In this document: positions 43,813-56,200 of the stretch, in pieces
Numbering within the stretch: position 1 is the stretch's first letter
Layout: each line of letters opens with the position of its first letter
Virus record (IMG/VR): IMGVR_UViG_3300020472_001862
Location: 1 to 64,000 of that record
Reading direction: 5' to 3' (one strand)
DNA length: 64,000 bases
Origin: a virus
Program-made: the position numbers and the translations under genes
The notes under the pieces: generated by a model
Seen by the model: only the letters and a program-made list of their open reading frames with translations
The model's database searches: none
What the model was told of the DNA's origin: nothing

Positions 43813-45361
43813 ATTAAAAAATTATGGTAGATTAAATGTTCCAGATTTTGTCTGGTGGATAGGTGTTGTAGAATCAAGAGCTGATATTACAAAAACAGGA
43901 AGATACAGAGTTAGAATTATGGGGTATCATACTTCTGATACAGAAATACTTCCTACTAAAGACTTGCCTTATGCGCCTGTTATAAACGATCCTACAAATG
44001 CAAGTACATCTGGAATTATGGAAAACCCTAATCTATTACCTGGCTCAACAGTAATAGGATTTTTCTCTGATGGTGATGAAGCACAAATGCCTGTTATATT
44101 AGGTTCCATATCAGGACTCCCTGCAAAGAAAAACGAAGATATTTATGTAGAAGAAGGATTTAAAGACCCTACTAAAACATATCCTAGAGGAGGTTTTGAT
44201 GAGCCTCTTCAAGACGGATTAGCAGGAGCAGGAGAACCTGACATATCTAGACTTGCTAGAGATGAAGCAGCAGAAACACATTACACACTACAAACAAAAA
44301 GAGCTGAACGAGAAGTAGATATAAGAACAGCATCAGCTCCTTCAGTAGAAACAGATCAAATATTAGATGATAAAGAAGGCATAGATTACGAAGGACAAAA
44401 ATGGGAAGAACCTTATGCCAGAGGTAAAGGCCCATATAAAACATTTGAAATGGAAGAATTTACTCCTAAATATTGGGACGCTCTATCAGATCTAAAATCA
44501 GGAGGGACAGGTATTCCTAAAGAGCCAGGAACATATACTTCCATGTATCCTTATAATCAAGTTAGAGAAACAGAATCAGGATTTACTACAGAAATTGATA
44601 ACACAGCAGGCAACGAAAGATATGCTTGGTATCACCCTGTAGGAAATTTTGAGGAAGTACAAGCAGACGGAACAAGAGTAAATAAAATTAAAGGCTCTGA
44701 CTATGAGATTGTAGCAAAAGATAAAAATGTTCTTATAAGAGGTTCTTGCAATGTAACTATATTAGGCGATGCCAAAATGTTAGTATCAGGAAACAAATAT
44801 GAGGAAGTCGAAGGAGATTATTTCTTAACAGTTTTAGGAGACAGAGTTACAAAAATTAATGGTAACGATATTAAATCTGTTATAACAGATGAAAACACAT
44901 CTATAAAAGGAAACAGAACAGTTCGTGTAGCATTGGATGATACACAAACAATAGTAGGAAAACAAGAAGAAACGGTTGCTAAATCTAAGAGTGAGAAAGT
45001 AGGAGGCAATGTAACAGAAACATTTGCTGGAACACATAATACAGTGGTTTCTAAAACTAGATTTAATCAAATAGGAAGTCATAGCAATGTACAAGTAGGT
45101 GGCAACTTATCATTAGGAGCAGGTGGAACAAGCACATTGGCATCTCAAGGAGATCAAACAATAAGAACATTTGCAAACTTAGATATGGATGCAGATGTTT
45201 CAATGACTATTGATTCACCTACAATGTCTATAGATGGACCTGCAGGAAATATTACATCTAATAATGTAACATTACATACACATACACATGGACAAACAGG
45301 TGGTACCAACCCAGATTCAGATAAAGATGTAGATACAAAAGCACCTACATCAGGAACATAA
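43805..45361 (+). CDS. gp5: baseplate central spike gp5 (OB fold plus beta-helix, no lysozyme domain, HxHxH tip)
   Basis: WWIGVVE...GRYRVRIMGYH...LP, GFF.DG...P..LG, YPYN...ETESG, 8-aa beta-helix repeats, TLHTHTH. Confidence 0.88.
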   Translation: MSKLKNYGRLNVPDFVWWIGVVESRADITKTGRYRVRIMGYHTSDTEILPTKDLPYAPVINDPTNASTSGIMENPNLLPGSTVIGFFSDGDEAQMPVILGSISGLPAKKNEDIYVEEGFKDPTKTYPRGGFDEPLQDGLAGAGEPDISRLARDEAAETHYTLQTKRAEREVDIRTASAPSVETDQILDDKEGIDYEGQKWEEPYARGKGPYKTFEMEEFTPKYWDALSDLKSGGTGIPKEPGTYTSMYPYNQVRETESGFTTEIDNTAGNERYAWYHPVGNFEEVQADGTRVNKIKGSDYEIVAKDKNVLIRGSCNVTILGDAKMLVSGNKYEEVEGDYFLTVLGDRVTKINGNDIKSVITDENTSIKGNRTVRVALDDTQTIVGKQEETVAKSKSEKVGGNVTETFAGTHNTVVSKTRFNQIGSHSNVQVGGNLSLGAGGTSTLASQGDQTIRTFANLDMDADVSMTIDSPTMSIDGPAGNITSNNVTLHTHTHGQTGGTNPDSDKDVDTKAPTSGT

Positions 45362-45373
45362 TAGGAGGATAAA

Positions 45374-45979
45374 ATGAGTTGCGGATTATCAGAAGCAATG
45401 AAGGGAGCAGCAGATCAAGTAGATGCTTTAAACGAAAAATTTGATGCTGCAGTTATGAATTCACCAATAGGAGAATTAGGAAATATAGCAGAGAAGGCAG
45501 AGGCAGCAGCACAAGGTGTTATGGATAAATTAAATGATGCCATACCATCAATTAAACTTCCTAACTTGCCTTTTGATCAACTACCATTACAAGATCAATT
45601 TAAAGAGTTGGCAGCATTAACAGCATTGGGTATATTACAAGCGCCAAAAATAGCTCAACAACTTGAATTAATGAAAAGAAAGTATAAAGGTACTGATATA
45701 GACATAGATAATTTAGCACAACTATTAAGAAGCGGTGCAATGGATATAGATAAAATATGTAAACTAGTACCTAATGTAGACATGCAAGGTGTTAATGTAG
45801 AAGTCAAAGGTGTACCTACATCATTTCCAGACATCGATCCTGTGGCACTAATTAGAAAAGGTAAGTTACCAGACTCTCCTATTATAGACAAAGACTTTAT
45901 TCATTTAGATACACGGGTTGTTAGCAAAAAACAAGCTGATGATTTTTTAACTATAGAGCTACCATCCTTTGACTTTTAA
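45374..45979 (+). CDS. hypothetical protein between gp5 and gp25
   Basis: 201-aa ORF with strong AGGAGG SD. Confidence 0.75.
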   Translation: MSCGLSEAMKGAADQVDALNEKFDAAVMNSPIGELGNIAEKAEAAAQGVMDKLNDAIPSIKLPNLPFDQLPLQDQFKELAALTALGILQAPKIAQQLELMKRKYKGTDIDIDNLAQLLRSGAMDIDKICKLVPNVDMQGVNVEVKGVPTSFPDIDPVALIRKGKLPDSPIIDKDFIHLDTRVVSKKQADDFLTIELPSFDF

Positions 45980-45980
45980 G

Positions 45981-45988
45981 TATAAATA
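45981..45988 (+). promoter_or_regulatory. T4-type late promoter
   Basis: TATAAATA 5 nt before the gp25 ATG. Confidence 0.75.
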
Positions 45989-45993
45989 CTAAT

Positions 45994-46398
45994 ATGGCCG
46001 TTCAAAGACAAAAAATAACTAGACTATATAAAGATTTCGATCTAGCCTTCGGTAAAAATGCAATAACGGGTGATATTAATAAAAAGCTAGATGTAAATGC
46101 TGTTAAACAGTCAATGAAGAATTTAATATTAACTGAGCTTATGGAAAGACCTTTCCAACCAGACTTGGGTTCTGCTTTAGCTGGTTTGTTATTTGAAAAT
46201 GCTACAATGTTTACAACAGAAAGAATCAAAGTAACAATAGAAACATTATTAGAAAACTTTGAAAGACGTGCAAAAATTAATAGTATAGATGTAGAACCTA
46301 ATATTGATAATAATAGGTATGATGTATCAATTAATTTTTATGTTATAGGTATTAACGAGCCACAAGAATTAGAAGTCAAACTAGAGAGAATACGATAA
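45994..46398 (+). CDS. gp25: baseplate wedge gp25
   Basis: YKDFDLAF, AVKQSMKNLILT..ERPFQP.LGS.L..LLFE. Confidence 0.92.
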   Translation: MAVQRQKITRLYKDFDLAFGKNAITGDINKKLDVNAVKQSMKNLILTELMERPFQPDLGSALAGLLFENATMFTTERIKVTIETLLENFERRAKINSIDVEPNIDNNRYDVSINFYVIGINEPQELEVKLERIR

Positions 46399-48302
46399 TG
46401 GCACAATTAAATTTAACAGAATTAGACTTTGAAGATATAAAAACTAATCTAAAAGCTTATCTGAAATCACAAAGTGAATTTTCAGACTATAACTTTGAAG
46501 GGTCAGGCTTAGCAACACTAATAGATTTGTTAGCATACAATACACATTATAATGGTATGTTAGCACACATGGTTTCAAATGAAAACTTTATTGATACTGC
46601 TGTAAAAAGAGAATCAGTAGTATCTATTGCAAAGGCACTAGGATATACCCCGAGATCATATTTAGGAGCAACTGCAACAGTAACAGCTACAGTAACACCA
46701 CCCACATCTTTTACAGATACAACCTTAGAACTTAGTAGAGATACTGCTTTTACATCTGCTATAGGAGGCGTAACATATAATTTTTATCCTTTAGAAAGTG
46801 TAACAGCCTCAGCACAAGTTATGGACGGTGTAACAAAATTTGTTTTTACAGACTTATTATTAAAAGAGGGTGTAAGAACATCAAACTCATTCACAGTAGA
46901 GGCAGCAAATCCTCAAGGTCCTTATATTATTCCTAATAGAAGTGTTGATGCTTCTACAATAAGAGCTAGAGTACAAACATCTTTAGGAGACACTTCACTA
47001 ACTACATGGAATAAATCTACAACAATATTAGATGTTAAAAAAGATAGTAGAGTATATTGGTTAGAAGAAGGAATAGATGGATTAACACAATTAAGATTTG
47101 GAGATGGTGTGCTAGGAACAAAACTTGCTGTGGACAATATTCTTTCAGTAGATTATATTGCAAGTTCAGGCACAACACCCAATGGAGCCAAAACATTTAA
47201 TGTAGCTGGGATAGTATCATCATCAGGCGAAACTGTTTCTGTTGCTACTTCTAGTCCAGCATCAGGAGGCAACATCCAGGAAACAGTAGATGAGATTAGA
47301 TTTAACGCACCAAGATTAAATGCTACAAGAGATAGAGCAGTTACAGAATCAGATTACAAATCATTAATATTACAAAGTAACTCTAATATACAATCGGTAG
47401 CAGTTTGGGGAGGAGAGAAAAACGATCCTCCTATATATGGTAAAGTATTCATTTCATTAAATCCTGTCGAAGGACAAATTATAACAGACCAGGATAAAGA
47501 TAATATTAAGAATAGTATTATTGATCCTAAAACACCTGTAGCTATTACACCTGAATTTGTAGATCCAGAATACACATACTTACAACTAGAAGTTATATCT
47601 ACATATGATCCTAAGATTACAGGATTAACAAAGGGTGAAATAGAAACAGCAATTAAATTACAAATAGACAACTATTTTACAAACTACTTAAACAAGTTAA
47701 ATAAAAGTTTTTATTATAGTAGACTACACGATTTAATTAATGCACAAACACCTGCTATTATATCTACAAACATACAAATAGGATTACAAAAAAGAGTTAA
47801 GGTTACATTAAATAGTGACTTTAACTATACGGTTAAGTTTAATCAAAAACTTAATCCTAGAGAATTATCAAGTACATTTTTTAACTTGGAAACATCGGGC
47901 TCAATTACCAAAGTATCTTTATCCGATGTTCCAGCATCAACAGTAGTTGCACCATTATATAGTGGAACAGGAGTAGTTAACGCAGTAGGAATAGACGGTT
48001 CAATTATTAAGGCAGTAGGAACAATTAACTACGATACAGGAACAGTAGAATTGCCTGCAATGAAGATTACAAGTTTATTAGGAACAGAAACAAATTTAAG
48101 AATTAATGTAAAACCTCATGACAGTATTAAAGACATTACAACACAAGCTCTAATTAGAACATCTGATACAAGTACAGCAGCAGTAATTGCAAAACCTTCT
48201 CGTAATACAGTTTTATCTAAAGATGATAGTGTTTTAAATTCTACAATTAATACAACATCAGGTATAAAAATAACAGCTACTAAAGAAGTCGAAGAAGTTT
48301 AA
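46398..48302 (+). CDS. gp6: baseplate wedge gp6
   Basis: LDFEDIK.NL..YL..Q.EF.DYNFEGS, LAYNTHY, FGDG..G, RAVT..DY, WGGE.NDPP.YGKVFI. Confidence 0.95.
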   Translation: MAQLNLTELDFEDIKTNLKAYLKSQSEFSDYNFEGSGLATLIDLLAYNTHYNGMLAHMVSNENFIDTAVKRESVVSIAKALGYTPRSYLGATATVTATVTPPTSFTDTTLELSRDTAFTSAIGGVTYNFYPLESVTASAQVMDGVTKFVFTDLLLKEGVRTSNSFTVEAANPQGPYIIPNRSVDASTIRARVQTSLGDTSLTTWNKSTTILDVKKDSRVYWLEEGIDGLTQLRFGDGVLGTKLAVDNILSVDYIASSGTTPNGAKTFNVAGIVSSSGETVSVATSSPASGGNIQETVDEIRFNAPRLNATRDRAVTESDYKSLILQSNSNIQSVAVWGGEKNDPPIYGKVFISLNPVEGQIITDQDKDNIKNSIIDPKTPVAITPEFVDPEYTYLQLEVISTYDPKITGLTKGEIETAIKLQIDNYFTNYLNKLNKSFYYSRLHDLINAQTPAIISTNIQIGLQKRVKVTLNSDFNYTVKFNQKLNPRELSSTFFNLETSGSITKVSLSDVPASTVVAPLYSGTGVVNAVGIDGSIIKAVGTINYDTGTVELPAMKITSLLGTETNLRINVKPHDSIKDITTQALIRTSDTSTAAVIAKPSRNTVLSKDDSVLNSTINTTSGIKITATKEVEEV

Positions 48303-51169
48303 TGGCAGATTATATTCCATCATATTATAGATATGTATCATCTATAACAGTTACAGCCGGAGGTACGGGGTATAATAATGCTCCTACAGTTACCTTAACC
48401 GGCGGTGATGGAACGGGCGCAACAGCAACTGCAACAATATTCAGTGGATCAATAACAGGCTTTGTTATTACAAACAAAGGCACCGGCTATAATACTGCAC
48501 CCACAGTTACAATAACACCTCACGCTAGCGATACAACAGCAACAGGAGCAGCAGGTACAGCAGTATTAGACGCAGCTCAAGGAGCTTCTAGTTTAGAAAT
48601 AACAAATAACAGTTTTTTAATTAAGGAACAGGTACCTCAATATATTAGAACAGAGTATCCTGTATTCGTTACATTCCTAGAAAAGTATTATGCTTTTATG
48701 GACGCCAATTATGGTGAGCCTAATAATTATGTTTCAGATATAGATTATGCCCAGGAAGCATTCTTAGATAAATGGCGCGGAGCATTAGTATCAGATTTTC
48801 CTAAACTATTAAGCGCAGATAAATCCTTCTTTTATAAAAGAGCAAAAGATTTTTATGAATCTAAAGGCAGTAAAAGATCTATAGAAGCTTGGTTTAGAGT
48901 ATTATTTAATGAAAATGTAGAAGTATTATATCCTTATCAATATGTACTTAAACCTTCAGACGGCATCTATAATGTAGAAACAGCCGTTAAGATTCAAGAA
49001 GCAGAACATGGTGGAGGCAGTTTAGAACCACTTACATTAGAAGGTAAAAAGATTGATCTTAGATATAAAGAAACAACAGGTACAGTTTCAATCACAAAAA
49101 CTGTTAATGCTAGTGTAAGAAGAGTAGAAAAGAACACATACCAAACAAATGGATTAACCTTACAAAGATTTGAATTAATCTTAGCATTCGATGATGCCGG
49201 CGTAACAACTATTGAAGGACCAGGAGCAGGAGCAACTTTTACTGCTGCAGTTTCAGGAGGAGCAATAACAGGCATTACAGTTGATACTGCAGGATCAGGT
49301 TATAACGCAGCACCTCCCGTACAAATTTTCCCAGCTTCAGGAGATACAATAACAACACAAGCAACAGCACATGCTTTAGTAGCTGATGGAAAAATTACAA
49401 GTATTGTTATAGACAATGCAGGAGCAGGATATACAAGTGCTCCAACAATAGAATTAGATTTAGAATCTATTAAATCCTATGTTGTAGATGACGGTGCAGC
49501 AAACAACGACTCAGATATATATGGTTATATTGTTAGAGTATTAACAGGTGTATCATTTAAATCTTACACAGGCTCAGCAGCTAACGCAGGATTTAAAGTA
49601 GGACAGATATTTGCTATAAACGAAACAGGAGATGACGGAAAAGCATACGCCATCTCAGGTTATTTTGCTGAGGACTATACATTTATAGGTGGCTCTAATG
49701 ATGCCTATATAAGAGTAACAGCTGTAACAACATCAGGCCTTCCATCAGCATTTACCGTTGTAAATCCAGGATCAACATTCCTTAAAGATACAGCGGACAT
49801 ACAAATTACCTCTCCCTCAGGAGAGACATGTACTATTACATTAACAACAGGATATCTATTTTCATACGAAGGTAAATATAAAAACGACCAAGGTAAATTA
49901 TCCGATGTTAATGTACTGGCAGACAACAAACGATACCAACCATTCTCTTATGTAATTAAATCGGGTATTGCACAAACAACTTGGAATAGAGCTTTACGAG
50001 ATACAGTTCACCCTTCAGGTATGGAAGTGTTTGGAGATTTAATTGTTAAAAGTGAGATAGACTTTAATGTAGAATTTAGTGTTGAATCTACAGGATACAC
50101 ATTCTACATATTTGATGCCGATGATCTAGTAACGACAGTTGAAACTGTTGGTATATTAGTAGAGAAAGCGTTATCAGAAACACCAACAGTAACAGAAAAT
50201 CATGGAATACATTTTGTTCCTGCAGGTAAGACAGATACTACACTTGCTACAGACCAAGGATCTAATCCTTATGTTGTAAGTGGGTATTGGAATGATGATA
50301 GTGATGGTATATCATCAGACAATTATAATATTGGAGACGAACAATTTATTCTAGATGTTTCTAAAGCGTTCGTGGAGACACTAACTGTTTCTGATAGTGT
50401 TGCAGAAGATGCAATAGATATTAGTTTTGTTAGAGCATTTACTGATTCAACAACATCAGTTTTAGATACTCCAGCCAAACACTTTACTAAATCATTCTTA
50501 GAAGCATTTAATAATACATATTGGACACCAGCAAATGGCACAAATGCCTATACAAACGATTTGGCTGATAATGGTGACAATCAATATTATGTGGCAACAA
50601 GTTTAGGATCAGTAACAGTTACAGAATCTATTGATGTAGAAAGAATATTAGGTATTCCAGGACTAGATGAGACAGTATCAGTAACCGAGGTTGCCCAAAT
50701 AAATACATCATTTAATAGAGCTCTAAGTGATACTGGTACAGCACAAGATCCTACTTTTGTAGTAGATCTAAGTGTTTCTTATACTGATACAACATCTAAC
50801 ACAGATACAAGTGTAGTATCAGTATCCAAAGTATTAGCTAATTCAATAACAGTTACAGAAGCTGTGGTATTAGCATACTTCAACAATGTAACAGAGTCCA
50901 TAACAGTAAGTGATTCTGATACATTACAAATAAATAAACCAGTTTCTGAATCTTTAACAGGATCGGAAGCGATAAACAGTATAAATACAAGTAAAGGTAT
51001 AACAGAAAACACCTCAGGTGTTGCAGAATCCTTAGCTAATGCACTTAACAAACCAGCAGTAGCTGATAGTGCAGGAGCTACAGACACAGGTATAGGATCA
51101 ATGCAAGATTATGCAGATCCCTCATATCTTTCAGAGGATTATGTAGGAACCGGTTGGAACTTTACATAA
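48302..51169 (+). CDS. gp7: baseplate wedge initiator gp7-like with added beta-rich modules
   Basis: [44 protein letters not shown]. Confidence 0.75.
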   Translation: MADYIPSYYRYVSSITVTAGGTGYNNAPTVTLTGGDGTGATATATIFSGSITGFVITNKGTGYNTAPTVTITPHASDTTATGAAGTAVLDAAQGASSLEITNNSFLIKEQVPQYIRTEYPVFVTFLEKYYAFMDANYGEPNNYVSDIDYAQEAFLDKWRGALVSDFPKLLSADKSFFYKRAKDFYESKGSKRSIEAWFRVLFNENVEVLYPYQYVLKPSDGIYNVETAVKIQEAEHGGGSLEPLTLEGKKIDLRYKETTGTVSITKTVNASVRRVEKNTYQTNGLTLQRFELILAFDDAGVTTIEGPGAGATFTAAVSGGAITGITVDTAGSGYNAAPPVQIFPASGDTITTQATAHALVADGKITSIVIDNAGAGYTSAPTIELDLESIKSYVVDDGAANNDSDIYGYIVRVLTGVSFKSYTGSAANAGFKVGQIFAINETGDDGKAYAISGYFAEDYTFIGGSNDAYIRVTAVTTSGLPSAFTVVNPGSTFLKDTADIQITSPSGETCTITLTTGYLFSYEGKYKNDQGKLSDVNVLADNKRYQPFSYVIKSGIAQTTWNRALRDTVHPSGMEVFGDLIVKSEIDFNVEFSVESTGYTFYIFDADDLVTTVETVGILVEKALSETPTVTENHGIHFVPAGKTDTTLATDQGSNPYVVSGYWNDDSDGISSDNYNIGDEQFILDVSKAFVETLTVSDSVAEDAIDISFVRAFTDSTTSVLDTPAKHFTKSFLEAFNNTYWTPANGTNAYTNDLADNGDNQYYVATSLGSVTVTESIDVERILGIPGLDETVSVTEVAQINTSFNRALSDTGTAQDPTFVVDLSVSYTDTTSNTDTSVVSVSKVLANSITVTEAVVLAYFNNVTESITVSDSDTLQINKPVSESLTGSEAINSINTSKGITENTSGVAESLANALNKPAVADSAGATDTGIGSMQDYADPSYLSEDYVGTGWNFT

Positions 51170-51192
51170 GATAAACATATTAGGAGAAGAAA

Positions 51193-51636
51193 ATGTTTAA
51201 AAATGATAAATCAGAAGCTACAGGTAAGCTTACTATTGAAATCAAAAACCCTCAGGGTAAAGTAGTCGAAACAAGGGAAGTAAAAAACCTTGTTGTTGAC
51301 GACGGCCTTGAATTTATTGCGTCCAGAATGAAGGACACAACATCAACAGCTATGTCTCATATGGCTATTGGAACAGGATCTACAGCAGCAGCTGCTGCTG
51401 ATACAGCTCTTGGAACAGAAGCAGCTAGACAAGGACTAACATCTACAACTGTTACAGCAAACGCTGTAGCGTATGTTGCATCTTTTGCAGCAGGAACAGG
51501 TACAGGCGCTATAACAGAAGCAGGTATTTTAAATGCCAGTTCTGGTGGATCTCTACTTTGTAGAACAGTCTTTAGTGTTGTCAATAAAGGGGCTTCAGAC
51601 TCAATGACAATTACTTGGACAGTAACAATATCGTAA
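51193..51636 (+). CDS. virion structural protein (tail-fibre base-like)
   Basis: KNLVV..G, MSHMAIGTG, DTAL..E..R, ITEAGI.N, ITWTVT. Confidence 0.65.
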   Translation: MFKNDKSEATGKLTIEIKNPQGKVVETREVKNLVVDDGLEFIASRMKDTTSTAMSHMAIGTGSTAAAAADTALGTEAARQGLTSTTVTANAVAYVASFAAGTGTGAITEAGILNASSGGSLLCRTVFSVVNKGASDSMTITWTVTIS

Positions 51637-51645
51637 GGTAAATAG

Positions 51646-53232
51646 ATGGCTCTAGTACTTCGAAGACTAGGTAGGGTTGAATTAGCAAGGACATTCCATA
51701 GAGATGTTCGTAATAACAACGACTACTTTCATTTTGCAGTAGGCAGAACAGAGGCTTGGACAGATGAGACAAGCCCTGAATTGCCTATTGACAATGATTC
51801 TTATGTCTCGAATTTTAGAAGGAGCATGATGTTTACACAACGGATTGATTCTGCAGATGTTTGTTTACTAGCTAAACGAACAAATTGGCAAACCGGCACC
51901 GTATATGATGAGTATGATGATGCTTATACATCAACTAACCAATCATATTCTGGTGCCTCCAATTTAGCAGATGCTAACTTCTTTATAATGACTGATGAAT
52001 TTAAAGTATATAAATGTATTAGTAATAATAAAAATGGAGCTAGCACAGTTAAGCCTACAAGTACAGGAACATCTGTATTTGAACTATCCGATAACTACAA
52101 TTGGAAATTTATGTTCCAAATCTCAGCATCAGATCAAAATAAATTCTTAGATGCAGATTATATTCCTGTAAGAAAACTAACAGGTAATCCTACACATGAT
52201 GTTACAGGAGAAGTAGACAGTATTACAATAACAGCAGGTGGAACAGGTTATACCAGTGTTCCTACAGTAGTAATACAAGGCGATGGAGATGGCTTAGCAT
52301 CTGGTACAGCAACTATATCAGGCGGAGCAGTAACAGGAGTTACAATAACAGCTTCTGGCTCAGGTTATAGTTTTGCTTTTGTAACTTTCACAGGCGGTGG
52401 CGGTTCTAACGCAGCAGGTACAGTTAATTTAGGAGACGCAGACGCTCTACCTACATTACAAAGTGCTGTAGAAGGAGCAGCAGTTAGCGGAACTTTAGAT
52501 AGAGTTATTGTAACAGCAGCAGGACAGGACTATGCAGCAAGTGATGTTCAAGTTACAGTAGAGGGGGACGGAACAGGAGCAGAAGCAAGTGCTTATGTTA
52601 ACGCAGCAACAGGTTCCCTTACGAAAATAAGAGTAACAAATCCTGGTTCAGGTTATTCTTATGCAGACATAAAAATTACAAACACAGCAGCACCAGGAAC
52701 AGGAGCAACAGCTAGGGCTATTGTATCACCTCAAGGTGGACATGGTTCAAATGCAGTCAGAGAATTATTTGCTCATAATGTAGGCGTAACAGTTTCATTC
52801 TCAGACAACGATAATAGAGATTTAATATTAGGCAATGACTTTAGACAGATTGCTTTAATAAAAAATGTTAAAACACCAGCGGGTGTAACATATACAACAA
52901 ATACAGCTACAACATGTCATATAATTAATGTGGCGACAGTAGCAGATTATGCAGTAGATGATATCATCACCACAGATGATGGTGGCTCATTTACTGTTAT
53001 ACAAATAGATACAACAAACAAAAACATATATTTAACATCTACAAATCCGGCAATCACAGTTAATTCAACATTAACAAATACCACTCAAAGTAAGAGTAGT
53101 TTGAGTATAAATAGTTTAACAGATCCAGAAGTTGATAACGCTACAGGAGAGGTTATTTACTTAGATAATAGATCGCCAATTATTAGATCGGCGGACCAAG
53201 TAGAACAAATAAAGGCATTGATTAGGTTTTAA
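51646..53232 (+). CDS. gp8: baseplate wedge gp8
   Basis: GRTEAW, W..GT.YD.Y, F.VYKC..N, WKFM, GGHGSN, DFRQI, G.VIY.DNR.PI.R..DQ.E. Confidence 0.88.
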   Translation: MALVLRRLGRVELARTFHRDVRNNNDYFHFAVGRTEAWTDETSPELPIDNDSYVSNFRRSMMFTQRIDSADVCLLAKRTNWQTGTVYDEYDDAYTSTNQSYSGASNLADANFFIMTDEFKVYKCISNNKNGASTVKPTSTGTSVFELSDNYNWKFMFQISASDQNKFLDADYIPVRKLTGNPTHDVTGEVDSITITAGGTGYTSVPTVVIQGDGDGLASGTATISGGAVTGVTITASGSGYSFAFVTFTGGGGSNAAGTVNLGDADALPTLQSAVEGAAVSGTLDRVIVTAAGQDYAASDVQVTVEGDGTGAEASAYVNAATGSLTKIRVTNPGSGYSYADIKITNTAAPGTGATARAIVSPQGGHGSNAVRELFAHNVGVTVSFSDNDNRDLILGNDFRQIALIKNVKTPAGVTYTTNTATTCHIINVATVADYAVDDIITTDDGGSFTVIQIDTTNKNIYLTSTNPAITVNSTLTNTTQSKSSLSINSLTDPEVDNATGEVIYLDNRSPIIRSADQVEQIKALIRF

Positions 53233-53235
53233 CAA

Positions 53236-56200
53236 ATGGCATTAAATTTAAATACATCACCATACTACGACGATTTTAGCGACGACAAAAGATTTCATCG
53301 CGTTTTGTTTAAGCCTGGCGTAGCGGTACAAGCTCGAGAGCTAACTCAACTACAAACAATCTTACAAGATCAATTAGATAAAGGATTTGGTTTTGTAATA
53401 CAAGAAGGCGCAGTTATAACAGGTTGCGCAGAATCTACAGAGTCTGTTAATTGGATTAAAGTCAACGATACAGACGCAGCAGCAGCGGCAATAGACAATA
53501 CAACACTTGTTAATTATGTAGGAAAGGAAATTGTAGGTGGTACATCAGGATTGCAAGCAAGAATTATTGGTACAGAAACAGGAACAGTAGGAGCAGCACC
53601 TAATCTAAAAACACTTTATCTTAAATATTTAAATACAGATTCAACTTATAGTAATTTTACATCAGGCGAAACCTTAAGTGTTTATACAGCTAATGAAGGT
53701 CCTGGTAATTCAGCAACAGACTTAAACGGTTTTACTTTTGTTGTAAACAATCTAACAGGTAATAATTTTACAGCCAAATATTACGGAGCAACAAACAAAG
53801 TTACATTACAGCCTGGCATTATATATGCTCGAGGCTCTTTTATTAAAACAGATAAAATATCTTGTTTGGTAGATAAGTATAATGAACTACTACCGAAAAA
53901 TGTAGGATTTGTTGTTGAAGAATCTGTTGCAGGAGCAGCCACAGATTCCTCTTTATTAGATCCTGCACAAGGCTCATTTAACTATAATGCACCTGGTTCA
54001 GACAGACTTAAATTTACAGTAACATTAAAAGCTTTTGGTACAGCAGAAACAAAACCAGAAAACTTTTATACATACGCACACTTTGAAGAAGGAGCTATAC
54101 AAAGAATAAGTCTTAAAGACAGTCCATTACATGGCGTAGGTAATATATTAGCAAATAGAACTTATGACGAATCTGGAAACTATCTTGTTAAAGGTAATAC
54201 TGTTTCGTTAAGAGAACATTTAAACGAAAATAATAACGGTGGTATATACACAGCAGGCAACGGTGGTTCTAAAGATGCGTTAATGATACAAGTAGATCCT
54301 GGTGTATCTTATGTAGGCGGACACAAAAGAGAATTATTAAGCTCTAAGCGTATTCCTTTTATGAAACCTTCATTGTCTATTACAAAAGAATCACAACCAA
54401 TATCAACATCTTATGGCAATTATGTTTTAATAGATAATTTAACAGGCACATTTGATGTAGATGGTGGTGAGAAAATAGATCTATATAACAACACAGCAGG
54501 AGCCGGCGGAGCAGGTAGTAAAATTGGAGAGGCAAAAGTAAGGCAATTAGTTTACGAAAGTGGAACTATTGGAGCTACAGCAGCGCAATACAGATTATAT
54601 CTATACGATATCCAAATGCTTAGTGGAGATTTTACAGCAATTAAAAGTGTAGATTTTAATAACGGAGAAACTTGGGGCGGTGTAGGTAATACAGTTCTTG
54701 AAAGTAGTGTAACTGTATTGAAAGAAAGTAAGGTAAACAAACTAGTTTATAGATTGCCATTTAAAAATATTAAAACATTAAAAGCAGAGGCAGGCGATAC
54801 ATACGATTACACATTCCAATACCAAAAAGAATTTAATGTTGAATTAGATGCTTCATCTGGTGCTGCAAGTATAACACTTTCAGGCAATGAAACTTTCCCT
54901 TATTCAGGAACACTAACAGATACACAAAAACGAGATTTTATAGCAGTAGCAAAAGTAGGATTTACACAAAACTCTGCTGCCGTAGCAGCAGGGGAGTATA
55001 TAGATTTAACATCAGCAAATAGTAACGCAACAGTTACAGTTACAAACTCACAATCTATAGAAATAGATTTAGGAGGAGCAGTTACAGGAACAGGTACAAT
55101 AAGAGTATATGCACCCGTCCAAGTAGCAGATGCTAATCCAATTGCTAAGACGCTTAACACATCACAATATGTTAAAATAGATACAGGTACACATGTTGCA
55201 GGAACAACAGGTGAATATAATTTAGGTGTAGTAGATTTATATAAAATAGAATCAATTACAGCCGGAACAAATTCAGACTATTCAACAGGCCAAGTAAATG
55301 TAACATCAGACTTTAGATCTATTACAGGCCAAGAAGATAGTTATTACGGACAAGCAAAAATATTCCAAAAATCTACAAGCACTTTAAATCTTACAACAAA
55401 TAGATATATTGTTGTTAAATTTTCTGTATTTTCAAATACTGTTTCAGGACCTTCATTTGCTTGTTTAGATAGTTATCCAGTAGATGATACTGCAAGTCCA
55501 GCATCAGGAACAATTAGAACAGAGAATGTTCCGTTATATAATTCTCAAAAATACGGAGAATTTAATTTAAGAGATTGTGTAGACTTCCGTCCTTATGTAA
55601 CTAATACAGCAACACTTACAGGAACATTAGGAAGTGCTACAGTTAATCCAACAAACGATAAATTAATCAATAAGCCAGGACAAGGATTAAGTAATCCTCT
55701 TCCAACAAAAACATTTAGCACAGATTTAAAATATTATCAAGGCAAAAAACTTAGATTAGTATTAGACTTTGATGGCGAATATAGAATAGTAGAAGGCACA
55801 TATTCAGATAATCCTACTATGCCAGCAGAGCCATCCAAAGCAATGACAATGGCACTAATTGATTTACCACCTTATCCAAGTTTATCTCCTCAATCAGGTA
55901 AACTAGCAGGAAGACTAGACTATACAGCTAGCATTAAAAATGTATCTCAGAAACGATTTACAATGAAAGAGATTGGTGGTTTAGAACAAAGAATTAAAAA
56001 TTTAGAATACTATGCCTCACTTAATTTATTAGAAACTTTTGCTAAAGATCAAACTATTGTAAACAGTAGTGGTGTTGATAGATTTAAAAATGGTATCCTA
56101 GTAGATCCTTTTACGGGACATAATGTAGGTTCAGTATTAGATCCCAATTATAGAATTTCAATTGATCCTAAATTAAAACATGCTAGGCCGTTCTTTGTAC

